This document shows, in pieces, positions 23,939 through 35,682 of a stretch of 64,000 nt of DNA (position 1 is its first letter; every line of letters starts with the position of its first letter). The notes under the pieces are model-generated. The model was not told where the DNA came from. It was given only the letters and a program-made list of their open reading frames with translations, and searched no databases. Source of the DNA: Rebecca billardiae RCC1528 (Eukaryota; Protista; Haptophyta); assembly GCA_965240325.2 (NCBI GenBank), contig OZ251232.1, positions 1 through 64,000 on the forward strand, written 5' to 3'. Position numbers and translations under genes: made by a program.

Positions 23939-26403
23939 TCAGAGCGCGTCGTAGTCCAGCTCGGTGAGCAGCACGGACAGGTCGGCGGGCGAGAGGTTGG
24001 CGCAGAGCGACGCCAGCTCCGCCGCGTCCAGCCCGCTGCCGGCGGGGCCGCGCGCGGCCGGTGGCGGCTGCGCGCACGCGGGCGGCGGTGGCTGCTGGGC
24101 CGCGCCAAGGACGCCTGCGCCGCCCGCACCCGGCCGCACGGGCGGCCCGGCGTCGGCCGCCACGGCCAGCGTGCCGCCGAGCGCGCGAGGCGCGTGCAGC
24201 ACGCCGCAGGGCAGCACGGCCGGCAGCGCGGACGCGCCGCCCCAGCCGTGCGCGTGCGCGGGCGGCAGGCCGCACGCGCGCGCGGGCACCGCGCCGCCGC
24301 CGCCGCCGAGCAGCGGCACCGCCGGCAGCGGCGCCGCCCGCCGGGCGCCCGCCGGCTGTGCGTGCGCGGCCGCGAGCAGCGCGGGCGGCTGCTGGCGCGG
24401 GTGCGCGGGGCTGGGCTGCGCCGCCCTGCGGCCGCGCGCCCTCTTCTCGGGCACAGCGCACTCTGCGCCCAGCCGCGCGCACCGGTGGCACGGCAGCCCG
24501 CCCTCGCACGCCGCCTTGGCCTGCGCGCGCGGAGGCGGCGCGCGGCGCGGCGGCGCGCGCGGGCGCGCGTGAGCCCGGGCGGCGCGCGCCCCGGCGCCCC
24601 GCGCGCCGCGCGCCGCCGTACCCGGTGGCAGCGCTCGCACGCGCGCTTGCGAGGCCCGCTCGCACCACCGACGTCGGCGGCGGGCGACGCGGCGGGCGAC
24701 GGCGGCGAGCCCGCCGGCGCGGGCGGGGGTTCGGGCGGCTGTGCGCCGGCCGGCCTGCGCGCGCGGAGCAGGCGCGCGGCGGGTGAGCAGGCGGCTGCGC
24801 AAGCGCGCGGCCGCCCCCCCGGGTCGCGGCGCCGCGCACGCTGCGCGCGCGCGCGCACCCGCACGCGCCGCCACGCGCCGCCGCCTCGGCCTCGCGCGTC
24901 GCGGCGGGCGGCGCGCTCAGCTGCAGCAGCCCGAGCTGCGCGGCGCGCGTGCGCGCGTCGAGCTGCGCGGGCGCGCTGCTCGCGCCGCGCCGTGCCGCCG
25001 CGCACGCGCCAACGGTCTCGCCGTCGGCGGGCGCCGCCGCGGGCGCGGCCGCGGCGGCGCGCAGCCGCAAGCGCACGCGCACGCCGCCGCCCGGCGGCGG
25101 CGGCGTCGGGCCCAGCCGGCGGCGCTTGCGCTCGGGCTGCTGCTGCGCGGGCGCGCACCCCTCCGCCGCCGGCGCCGCCGCCGGCGCCTCGGCCCCCGCC
25201 CCGGCCGCGCCCAGCTCGAGCGAGGCGCGCACCGACGCCGGTGCCGGCACGGCCGCGGCCGCGGCCGCGCACGCCGCGCGCTCGCGGCACGGCGCGGGTG
25301 CGCAGTGCGCGGGCGCGGCCGCGGGCGCGGCCGCGGGCGGGAAGTGCTCGCCCAGGAAGCGCTGCAGCACGCCGTCGATGTGGTAGTTCTCCGGGTTGAG
25401 GTCGGTGTCGCGCTTGCACAGCGGGCAGTGGTGGTCGAAGAGCGACGCCTCCCGCAGGCAGCCGTAGCAGAAGCGGTGCGTGCACGACAGCACCACCGGC
25501 ATGCTGAGCACGCTCAGGCAGATGCCGCAGCTGTAGTCCACCAACGACGGCTCGCGCCCGCACGCCGCGGAGAGCAGCTCCGCCACCACGCACTGCGCGT
25601 GCGTCCACAGCGCGCCGATGTGCGTGCCGGAGTAGAAGGGCTGCGCGGACACGTGCCGCACCAGCGCCGCGCACAGCGGCAGCGAGGCGCACTGCTTGTC
25701 GTGCTTCTTGCCGATCTTGGAGACGGCCAAGAAGTTGACAAAGCAGAACTTGCGCAGCGCGTCGATCTCGTCGCACAGGCTCACAAAGTCGCGCAGCGCG
25801 AGCAGCGCGGCGCGCGGCACGTGCGCGTCCGCGTCTGGGCGCGCGTCGTGCTGCGCGCGCGTGGGGTCCTCGGTGGGCGCCTCGGCGCTCGTGCTGCCCA
25901 GGTGGGCGCTGCCCAGGTGGGCGAGCACGGCCGGCAGCGAGCAGCACCCGGCCTCGGCGGGGAGCGGGTGCGCCCTGAGCGCGGCCAGCAGCTCGGGCAG
26001 CTGCTGCGAGAAGGCGTCCAGCCTGCGCGTGCACGCCTGCCGCCGCTCGCCGAAGAAGGCGTTCACCTGCTCGATGCACGCACGCGCGCACGCGCGCGCG
26101 CACACACACACGCGCGCACACGCGCACACGCACGCGTGGGCGGCGGGGAGGGCAGGGCGCGGCGCACAGGGCGGCGGGGCGCGGGCGCGCGGCGCGCGGG
26201 CGCGCGCGGCTGGGCGGGCCTCGCGCGCAGCCCACCTTGTGCACCTCCTTGAGCGTGGCGGCGAGGAAGCGCGCGGTGGCGTCCTCCCAGTCGGCGCCGC
26301 CCTCGGCCGCCTGCTTGAGCAGCTGCTTCAGCCGCTTGTAGTTGACGTACTGCTCGGCCCACTCGGGCGTGGCCGCGTCGAGCAGCTTCTTGCCGAACTT
26401 CAT
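23939..26403 (-). CDS. SPX + C3HC4 RING + Zn(II)2Cys6 protein; exons 26403-26236, 26066-24859, 24754-24622, 24520-23939
   Basis: SPX motifs MKFGK, YVNYKRLK and VNFLAVSKIGKKHDK; RING CGIC-x11-CTHRFCYGC-x10-CPLC; spliced CERCHR|AKAACEGGLPCHRCARLGAEC. Three GT-AG introns with compatible phases. Confidence 0.85.
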
Positions 26404-26732
26404 GCCGCGCCGCCGCGCCGCGCGCGCAGCCCTGCGCCCGCGCGCGCGCGGCGCCGCGCGGCGAACGGCCTCGCGGCGGTCGGGCCCCAGCACGCACGCC
26501 GAGGGAGCGCTGCTGCGCTGGGCACACAAACGCCGACGGCGAACTTCAGCAGGGGCTCCGTACTTGAAGGTATGATACACGAGGCGGGTAGTTTCGTCAG
26601 ATTCCGAGCAGATTCCGCCCGGTCGATCCGTGTATTGTCATCGTCACGTCTATTAAATATTGACATGGTGCTGGCGGCCCGGACGGGAGAGCGGCGCGCG
26701 CGCCCGGACCGCATTCATCGCGCGTCAGAGTG

Positions 26733-27820
26733 TCAGACGTTGTACGCGCCGGGCCCGGGCACCTGCCGCGGCGCGGCGCTCACCGGCCGCCGCCCCGTGC
26801 GCGTGCGCAGCGCGTCGAGCGCGGGGCCGCGCTCGCCGCGGTCGGGGAAGCGCACGGCGCACCCGAAGGGCTGCGCGCGCGAGGAGCGGCCCGCGCCGCC
26901 GAGCAGCCGGCGCGCCGCGTCGGAGGGCGCGCCGTACAGCGCCGGGCCGGGCGACTCGAGCTGCCCGGCCTCGGCGAGCGTCGTGACGCGCGCCGCGCGG
27001 CCGAAGCCCACGGCGGGCCTGGAGCTGCGCTCGGAGCAGCACTGCGCGCCCAGCGCGGCCGGGCTGCTGTACGCGCCTGCCGCACACACGCGCACAGGCG
27101 CGCGCACAGGCGCGCGCACAGGCGCGCGCACAGGACGGGGGGTGAGGCGGGCAGCGGGGCAGCGGGGCACGAGCGGGGCGGGCGAGACCGCGCCGCGCGC
27201 GCACCCGGCTCCGGCTGCACGCCCACGCCCGGCCTGTGCGGGCGCAGCGCTCTTCTCTCGTGCTCCCACCGGGGCGTGCCCGACCACGCGTGCGAGACCA
27301 CGCCGCGGCCCACGAGCCGGGAGGCGCCCGGCGGGCCGAGCCGCCCGGGCGCAGGGGGCGCGGCGCTCGCCGGCCGCCGCCGCCGCTCGCGCGCCGCCGC
27401 CGCGCCCGTGTCGTGCCCGGCGCCGAAGGCGAACGAGTGCGCGCGCGCCGCGCTCGAGCGCGAGACGCCGAGCGCTCGCAGGTCGTCGTACGCGCCGGGC
27501 GCGGGCGAGTCGTCGGCGGGGGGCGGGGCGCGCGCGGTCGTCGTGCCGAGCACCGCGCCGCGCCCCTCCTCGCCCAGCCAGCGCGCCGCCCCCGACGGCC
27601 CGTGCGGCGTGTACGTGCCGACGCCCGGCGAAGCGTCGCCGCGCGCGTGCACGCGGCTCGAGGCGCCGAAGCGCGCGTCCGAGCCGAAGCCGAAGGCGGG
27701 GCCGGAGGCGTGGACGCTCTGCGCCTGCCAGCCGAACGTCGACTTGAGCACCGCGCCCTCCAGCCGCAGGCTGCTGCTCGCGTCGAGCACGCTGCCGCGC
27801 CGTCGCGGCCGGTCCGCCAT
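26733..27820 (-). CDS. SHIPPO/PGP-repeat (ODF3/STPG-like) axonemal protein; intron 27077-27204
   Basis: Repeats SPGVGTY, SPAPGAY, PEP|GAY, SPGPALY and VPGPGAY interleaved with FGFG/FAFG motifs. Confidence 0.8.
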
Positions 27821-28045
27821 CGCGCCCGGGCCCGCGCGCCCGCGCTTGATTACCGCGCGGGCCGGGCCGCCGAGGTAACGACAAGGGCGTTATTTGGCGC
27901 ACGTAACGATGACGAGCTGTAGCTGTACCACTATCTCAGAGTCGTAGTCAATGACAGCGCTACGAGTTACTTGCTGGGCGGATGAGCTCGACGCCGCGCG
28001 CGCCGCTGAGCGGCCGGCGCGGGCGGCGGGCGAGGCACGCCCTGA

Positions 28046-29937
28046 TCAGGCGGCGGCGCGCTTCGCGTAGAGGCGCTTGAAGAGGGCCCTGTACTGCTCG
28101 ACGAAGAGGAACATGGCGACCGTGTGCCCGCCGCTGCGCGCAAAGTAGGCGGGGAAGCCGCGCCTGCGGGCAGCGGAGCGCGCGCACGCGGCGCCGGCGC
28201 GCGGCGGGTGGTGAGCGCGGCGGCGGGCGGCGCGCGCGCGGCGGCGCGGCGGCGCGCGCACCACAGCGCGAGCACGCCGTCGGTGCGCGCCACGTGCAGC
28301 AGCGCCTGCGGCGTGCTCGTGAGCGCCATGGTGCCGTCCGCGCGCGCGCGCTGCGACTGCATGCGCGTCTTTGCGTTGTCGAGCGGCAGCGAGGTGGCCG
28401 AGTAGAGCAGCCCCGAGCAGAGGGAGGCGGAGAGGTGCAGCCGCACGCCCTCGCGCAGCCCGAGCGCGGAGTGCAGCACCGCCTTCGCCTGGTCGTACGT
28501 GCCGAGCTGCACCATCGACACCACCATGCCGCGCGCCACCGTCGGGCCGAGGCCGCGCCAGCCCGCCGCCACGCCCTCCTGGGGCAGCGGCGCGCAGCAG
28601 CGCGCGCACGCACGGCCGCGCGCGCACGGTTGGGCGGGGGCGGCGGGCGCGGCGGCGGGCGGCGCGGCGAAGGGGGCGCGTGCCGCGCGCGCGCACCTCC
28701 TTGACGAGCGAGTAGAGCGCGTGCCCCACGTTGCGGTACCCCCTGCGCTGCTCGGGCGGCAGCGAGCCGTCGGCCTGCATGCGCACGAGCGCCACCTCGA
28801 CCGGGCAGGAGAGGGTGGCGGCCACGCAGCCCGCGCCCAGCCCGCAGCACAGCTTGGCGACGAACGCGCCCGCCGAGTCGGCGGGGACGGAGAGGCGGCG
28901 CAGCGTGGGCGCGGCGGCGTCGCGGAACACGTCGTACAGCCCGATGCGCATCGTCGTGTACGTGAGCTGCCGCGTGAGCGCCGCGCTCAGCCCCGCGTAG
29001 AGCGCGCCCAGCCCGCCCTGCGCCCAGAGCGAGCGCAGCGCGCCTCCCAGCCCCAGCCCGGCGGAGGAGGCGCCGCCCACCTGCGCGCGCGTCTTCGCGA
29101 CGTCGAGCGGGTGGACGAAGAGCCAGCCCGACGCGCCGCCCAGCCCGGCGACCGCGAACTTGGTCCACGCCGGCGCGTCCGGCTCGTCGGGCTGCGTGCG
29201 CGCCTGCAGCCCCAGCTCGCTCGCCAGCCACTCCAGGGACGCCCACGCGTGGATGGTGGACGCCAGCCGCGCGCGGCCCGCCTCGCCGCGCGCGCGCGCG
29301 GCGGAGACGCGCTCGTGGCGCAGGTCGACGAACTGCAGCCGCCGGCACACGCCGCGCGCACGGCGCGCAGAGAGGGGCGGCGGCGGGGGTGAGCGCGCGA
29401 GCGGTGAGCGCGCGAGCGGCGCGCGCGCGGCGCGGCGCGCACGAGTGCGATGAACTCGTCGAGCTGCAGCACGCCGTCGCCGTTCTCGTCGTAGCCCTCC
29501 ACCAGCGCGGTGAGCTCCTCCCGCGAGTTGTACGCGCGCGCCGCCTCGCGCACCGCCGGGTGCTGCGCGCTCCACAGGCTGTTGGCGACCGTGCGCAGGT
29601 GCACGTACCCGCGCCCCTTCACGTCCATGTTGGCGAAGGAGAAGCGCGCGGCCTGCAGCTCGGAGAGCGCGACGACGAGCTCGTGCACGCTCAGCTTCTG
29701 GTTGTCGTGCAGGTCCGCCAGCTCGATCAGCGTCGCGATGTCCTCCGTGGGGAACTGGTGGCCCGCGGCCGCAAACGAGCGCGACAGCTCGGACGCGGAC
29801 GCGCCGTCGCCCTCGACCGCGCGGCCGAGCAGCTCGGTGAGGCGCGCCTCGACGGTGCGGTCGATCGGGTACTCGAACGTCAGCGCGTCCGGGACCGTCC
29901 GCTCCGTCGGCATCGACATCAGCCTCTTGAGCGGCAT
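28046..29937 (-). CDS. EF-hand-containing mitochondrial carrier of the 2-oxoglutarate/malate or dicarboxylate type; introns 29333-29442, 28579-28696, 28164-28261
   Basis: EF-hand loops DLHDNQKLSVHE, DVKGRGYV and DENGDGVLQLDE; three carrier signatures PLDVAKTR, PVEVALVR and PLDNAKTR; subfamily motifs RQLTYTTMRIGLY, MQADGSLPPEQRRGY, QLGTYDQAK and FARSGGHTV. Confidence 0.88.
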
Positions 29938-31171
29938 GGCCGAGCGCGGTGTCGAGATCGGGCGTGCTGATGCGCGGGCCCGGGCGTGCGCACTGCGCAG
30001 CCGTGGGGATTCTGGGAAGCGCTTCCGATGGTGCGCACAGCGCCGAAGCTCGGTGGGCCCGGATCCACACACACGGCCGGACGGCTCAGCCGCAGCCGGC
30101 GGGAAGGGCGCAGCGACGAGCCCACCGGCTGCCGCAGCGCGCGGCTGCAGCCGCTCAGGCGCGCAGCGCCCAGCACGCTCGGGCAGCCGACGCCAGCGAG
30201 GGTACTGCATCGGGAGACGGGCGCTGCCAGTACGATCGCAGCCGCGGAGCCCCCTTGCGCGCCGCGCCCCCCTGCGCGAGCGCGGGCCCTAGCGCCCTGC
30301 GGGCGCGGCTGGGCACGCGAGGCGCGCCGGCCGCAACGAGCACCCTGGTGACGCTACCCGCCGTCCGCAGCGCATTGGGGGGCGCAGCCAGCCGTACCCG
30401 AGTCGCTGCCTTGGCCGCGTGTGGGCCGCCGCCTCGCGACGGCCGCGCGCCCGCCCCGCAGCAGCGCAGAGCGGCACCGATGGGCGTGGCCCGAGCTTGG
30501 CCGAGCGCGTCGAGGCGCCCCGGACCCAGCCGTTCCAGAACGGCGGCGACGCGACGGCCACGTTGGATGACAGCGTGTCCGCGCCCGCCCTGGCCTAGCA
30601 CGTATAGCAGCGCGGAGTGGTCACACATATCGGCGCCCGCACGCGGTGTCCGAGTGCAGCAGGACGCAGCCCGAAGCTGACGCGCAGTACCGGTAGTTGA
30701 TGTAGTCTTAGTTAGACTCATTCAGTGCACTGTCGCGGGTGGATGATGCCGTATCGTCGGGACGCGTCCGATTGGCGGTCCGCCGACGACTTTCACCGCC
30801 CCGACTGGCATCACCCCGTACCTGGCAGGCGGCCGACGCCCGGACCGCGAGGTGAACGATAACTCGCGGACGGTTCGGGCCCCGGACAGCGCGGCTGAGC
30901 AGTGTCAGCAGGCGGTAGTACTGATCGGCGTCGATATAGTGGCGGGCATCCCGACTCGGTCTGTCGGACGTCTGAGTAGTCGGACTACATTCATCCATCG
31001 TCGGCGCATACACTAACGGCCGAGCTGTCATCAGAGTAATAGTACGTGAGCGACACTCCTCCACGGTCCGTTCGGCCACTGCATCCAACCCGTGCTGAGA
31101 GTCTCACGGAACTCATGCCACGCATTGCCAGTGGACTATTACTAACTCGAGGCCGGACGAAGACAAGCCGC

Positions 31172-31612
31172 TCACTCGCGTGCCATGTCCATGGGCTGCT
31201 CCTTCTTGCCGTTTGCGATCTCCTTGATGTCGCCGTACGGCGTGAGGCAGCCAAACTTGGGGATGCACGAGATGCCAAAGCACGCAAGCGCGGGCGGCAT
31301 CGAGCCGCTGGGCGGGCACGAGTAGGCCGTCGCGCAGCAGCACTCGTGCCCAGCGGCGCGGCAGCAGCTGCGCGGCTGGATGCAGCGGCAGTCGCAGCAG
31401 AGGCAGCGCAGCTTCTCGACGCCCGTCTTGCAGCAGACCGTGCAGTGGCAGCAGCAGCACTCCTCAAAGTAGCCGCACAGGCAGCAGTCCGGCTCGAAGT
31501 AGCAGCCGTCCACGTAGCACACGCACGCCTCGCACACGCGCAGCTTGTCCGTGTCGAACACCTTCTTCTCGTTCTCCGCGAGGATGGCGAGCGTCTCGTC
31601 CGAGTTGGGCAT
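31172..31612 (-). CDS. Small cysteine-rich protein (146 aa, 28 Cys)
   Basis: Kozak-like GCCACCATG start; strong G/C third-position bias; CC, CCC and CCCC clusters. Confidence 0.8.
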   Translation of the reverse strand: MPNSDETLAILAENEKKVFDTDKLRVCEACVCYVDGCYFEPDCCLCGYFEECCCCHCTVCCKTGVEKLRCLCCDCRCIQPRSCCRAAGHECCCATAYSCPPSGSMPPALACFGISCIPKFGCLTPYGDIKEIANGKKEQPMDMARE

Positions 31613-32420
31613 GGTGGCCGGCTGCAGGGGTCGGGGAGTACCCGACCGCCGGCCGGCGAAATGAGCCTGGGTCGAGTGAATGGATTTGCCTCTCAAGTTT
31701 CGGTTCGTTTCGGTTCCGGCAATGGGTTACAAGTACCGTATGATAGTGGGCAGGCTTCCACGATGAGATACTACTCAAATGTACCCAATCCGTCTGTCGA
31801 CACTCGTCGTGACGAGGCGACACCGCCACACCGGCCAGTCCGACAGCCTGAAATGCCCTCAAATGGGCTGGATCCCAGCATGCTTCCGCGGCTTCCACCG
31901 GAATCGTTGATTCCTGCGTGCTTTTGGCCGGCTCGCGAGCCTCGGCAGCCGTCGCATGGCGACCGGCCGGATTTCCCCTCGACGAGGTTGCCACGCGCAA
32001 GCGCGACGCCAAGGCGCGATCGCTCAGGTGCCGGGACCCGCGCCTATCCAAGGGGCCGCTCAGTCACAGCACCACCGCCACAGACGCGCACGAGTCACGA
32101 GGAATTGCCGGCGTGCGCGCGATGCGCGGCTCGGCTCCCCGCGAAGCCTTGGCACGGGCCGGGCGTTCAGCCCCCCGCCCCCGCCCCTGACGGCATGCCA
32201 TCCGGCGTGCGACCCACGCGCGCATCGCACGCAGCTGCGACCGCCTGGGCGCCCCGCATGAAGGAAGCCCTGCTGCCTTGCGGCCGACGCGGCGACGACG
32301 AGCGCCCGCCCGCTCCGTCTCCCTGGCCGGTCGGAACGCGGGGAGCAAGTCGGACGCCGCCGTCACCGGCCGATGACGTGGGCGCCCCGGATCCACAGGT
32401 GCGTGCACGCGCCGCCATCG

Positions 32421-33663
32421 ATGGCAGCCGCCGGCCTCCGCCGCGCCGCGCCGCGCCGCCGCCCGCGGCGGCGGGGCGGCGCGCTGCTCGGGCTGGCGCT
32501 CGCGCTCGCGCTCGGCGCGCCGCGTGGCGCGCGCGCCGAGGGCGGCGCGCCCGCCGCCGACGCGCCCGCCGCGCGCGCGGCCGCGTCGGCCGCTCGGCGG
32601 CCGACGCTGCGTCGGCGCGAGCCGCCGCCGCCCGACGTGCGCGGGCGGCTGATCACGATCTCGGGCGCGATCCGCGGCACGGCGTCGGACGCGGACGAGC
32701 TGCTCGCGCGCACGGGCAAGGACGCGCAGGCCGTGCTGCGCGCGTGGCAGGCCATCACGCTGCTGTGCCTGTGCGCGTGCTACGTGGTCGGCATCGGCTC
32801 GATCGGCCCGCCGCTGCGCCTCGCCGCGCCCGGCGTGCTGCGCGCGTGCGAGGGGCGCGGCGCGGCGGAGGTGGAGCGCGGGCTGTCGGTGCTGCAGGGC
32901 GTGGGCAACCAGGCGTACGCCGCGGGCAAGGTGCTCGCCATCCCCGCGTACCTGCTGCTGGGCAACCGCGGCTCGCTGCTGCTCGCGCTCGGCCTGAGCA
33001 CCGCCACGTACGGCGCGCTCGGCGCGCTGCCGCCCGGCCCGCGCGCGGCGGGGCTGGGCGTGGGCACGGTGGCGCTCAAGCTGTCCTCCGCGTTCGCCTG
33101 GCCCTCGCTCAACCCCTTCGTGCGCAACTGGTTCGAGCGCGAGTCGTACGCGCGCGTGTGGGGCGCGATGCTCGCGGGCGCGCGGCTGGGCGCGATGGGC
33201 GCGCACCACCGGTACGCGCTCAAGCTGCACGCGTGCGCCGCGCGGCGGACGGGGCGCGCGTGCGCCACGCGGCTGCTGCTCGCGGAGGGCGCGCTGCTCG
33301 CCTGCGTGCTCGGCGCCACCGCCACGCTCCTCTTCGACTCGCCCCTCAAGGTGCCCGCCATCGCGCGCGCGGTCGCGGCCGACGCGCGCTACCGCGCGGC
33401 GCGGCGCAAGGAGGAGGCGCGCGCGGACGCCGCCGCCGAGGCGGGCGTGCCCGACGTGGCGGAGGCGCTCGCGGCGGGCGTGGCGGCGGGGGGCGGCGCG
33501 GCGCGCGCGATCGCGCCCGACGCCGCCGGCGCCGTGCGCACCGAGGGCACCTCGCTCGCCGCGGCGGCGCTGCTGCCGCGCGAGCGCGAGCGGCCGCCGC
33601 TGCGCGGCGCGGCCGGCCTCCGCACCGCCGCCGCCGCCGCCGCTACCGCCGCGCCGCCGCAGC

Positions 33664-33694
<31 letters not shown>

Positions 33695-34295
33695 GCCGCC
33701 CGCCAGGCCCGCCAAGCACGCCAAGCACGCCGCCGGCGGCACGGCGCGCGACGCGAGCGAGCGCGGCGGCGGCGGCGCGTCGCCCGCGAGCGGCGGCGCA
33801 GGCGGCGGCGGCGGCGCTCGCGCGGACGCGGCGGCCGCGGCGGCGGCGGACGGCGCCGCCGCGCCGAGCGGCGCGGCCGCCGCCACGGCCGCGGCCGACG
33901 CGGCGGCCGCGTCGGGCGCGAGCAACGGCACGGCGGCGGTGCTCGCCGCGGCGGCGGCGCCCGGCCGCGTGCGCGCGTGGGCGCTGCTGCGCAAGTGCGC
34001 CTCCCGCCGCCACTTCTGGCTGATGGCCGCGTGCTGCATGGCGTACACGCCGGTCGTGCAGTTCTCCGCGTACGCGGGCCAGTACATCGACTACGTGGAC
34101 GCGCGCTCCGTCAAGGCGGCGAGGGCGGCGCAGGCGGCGCGCGAGGCGGCGGCGCGCGAGGCGGCGGTGCGCGCGGCCGCGCACTCCGCCGGGATCAGCG
34201 CGCTCCTCAACGCCGCGGGCGCGCCGCTCGACGTGGGCGCGGCGTGGTGGGCGTCGCTCGCGCCGCAGCCGCTGCCCGCGCCGCCCGGCGGCGGC

Positions 34296-34328
<33 letters not shown>

Positions 34329-35510
34329 GCGGTGCGGCCGCCCGGCCTCTCGACGTTCGGCGTGGGCGGCGGCGGGCACCTGGTGTACCAGCTGAGCTAC
34401 TCGCTCGCGCTGCTGCTCGGCTCGGCGGTGTACGACTCGCTCGGCCAGGCGGACAAGGCGGTGCTCAACTGCGTGCTGCTGCTGTCCAACGTCGGCTGCT
34501 TTGTCGCGCTCGCCGCGCTCGAGCACGGCGGCCGCCGCGACCAGATCCGCGAGCACGACATGGCGGCGCGCACGGTGCTGCTCGGGCTGAGCGGCGCGAG
34601 CATGGCGATCCCGACGTGCCTCCCCTTCGCGCTCTTCTGCATGGACTTTGGCAAGGAGGGCGCCGCGCTCGTCGCGACGGTGCTGCAGGCGCTGGGCGGC
34701 GTGTCCGCGTCCGTCTTCTACGCGCTGCTGCCGCGGCTGCAGCGCACGCAGGGCTGGGTGGGCGTGCACCTCTACCTCGCGTGCCAGAGCGCGCTGGTGT
34801 GCGTGTGCATGGGCGCGATCATGCTCGAGGACGCCAAGAAGTTCGCCTCGGGCTTCGTCATCGAGCCCTCGCTCGAGCTGCAGACGTTCAGGCCGCGCGC
34901 AGGCCGGTGCATCGTGCCGCTCAAGCGGCTGCCCAAGGGCGGACACCTGCCGCTGCCGCGCGCGCGCGCGTACGGGCCGGGCGCGCTGCTCGTGGCGCAC
35001 AAGCTGCCGCGCGCGCAGCCGGCGCAGCCGCAGCCGCAGGCCGGCGCGCCGGCGACGGCGCACCACCCGTCGCCGCCGCCGCGCGCGCGGCGGCGCGGCC
35101 TCGCCGCGCGGTGGCGCGCGCTGCGCGCGCCGCGCGACGCGGCGACCAAGGCGAAGAAGGGCGTGGGCTCCGCCGCCGTCGCGCGCGCGCCCGCCGAGGA
35201 CGGCGAGCCCGCGTCGGGCTGGCACGAGGGCGTGCTGCTCGGCCGCGTCTGGCTCGGCCCGCGCGCGGGCGCGTACCGCGTGTACTACCCGACGCTGCGC
35301 GCGACGCGCACGCACGAGCTCGACCGCGCGCGGTACGGCGCGCACGACCTGTGGGTGCTGACCAACGTGACGCGCGCGGCGCGCGCGCCCGCCGCGCCGC
35401 CGCCGCCGCCGCAGCCCGCCGAGCCCAGCGCGGCGGCGCCGCCCGCCGAGCCGCCCGCCAAGGGCGCCGGCGGCGCGTCGAGCGGCGGCCCGGGCGCGAA
35501 GCCGCCATGA
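32421..35510 (+). CDS. MFS transporter (organophosphate:Pi antiporter GlpT/SLC37-like) with long low-complexity loops and a C-terminal domain
   Basis: Two bundles of hydrophobic helices; AYAAGK, FAWPSLNPFVRNWF..YARVWGAM and DFGKEGAALVATVLQALGG resemble OPA-family motifs. The subfamily call is tentative. Confidence 0.65.
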
Positions 35511-35682
35511 TGAATGACGCGTCCACGCCGCCGTGCCGCGTGAGGGCCAGCAAATATGACTAACGGCCGCCGGTCGCTGTACAGTTTACTAATAAGAATA
35601 AGAGACGCACACAGCTCAGCAGGCAGGCGAGATTACTGTACAACTGTCCGATTGTCGGGCACGCCGCAGAAACGGACGGAGG

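Noticed and set aside
30300-31100. Lower-GC stretch with short ORFs (e.g. 30708-31088)
   Set aside because: No motif, splice structure or repeat boundary that I could support.
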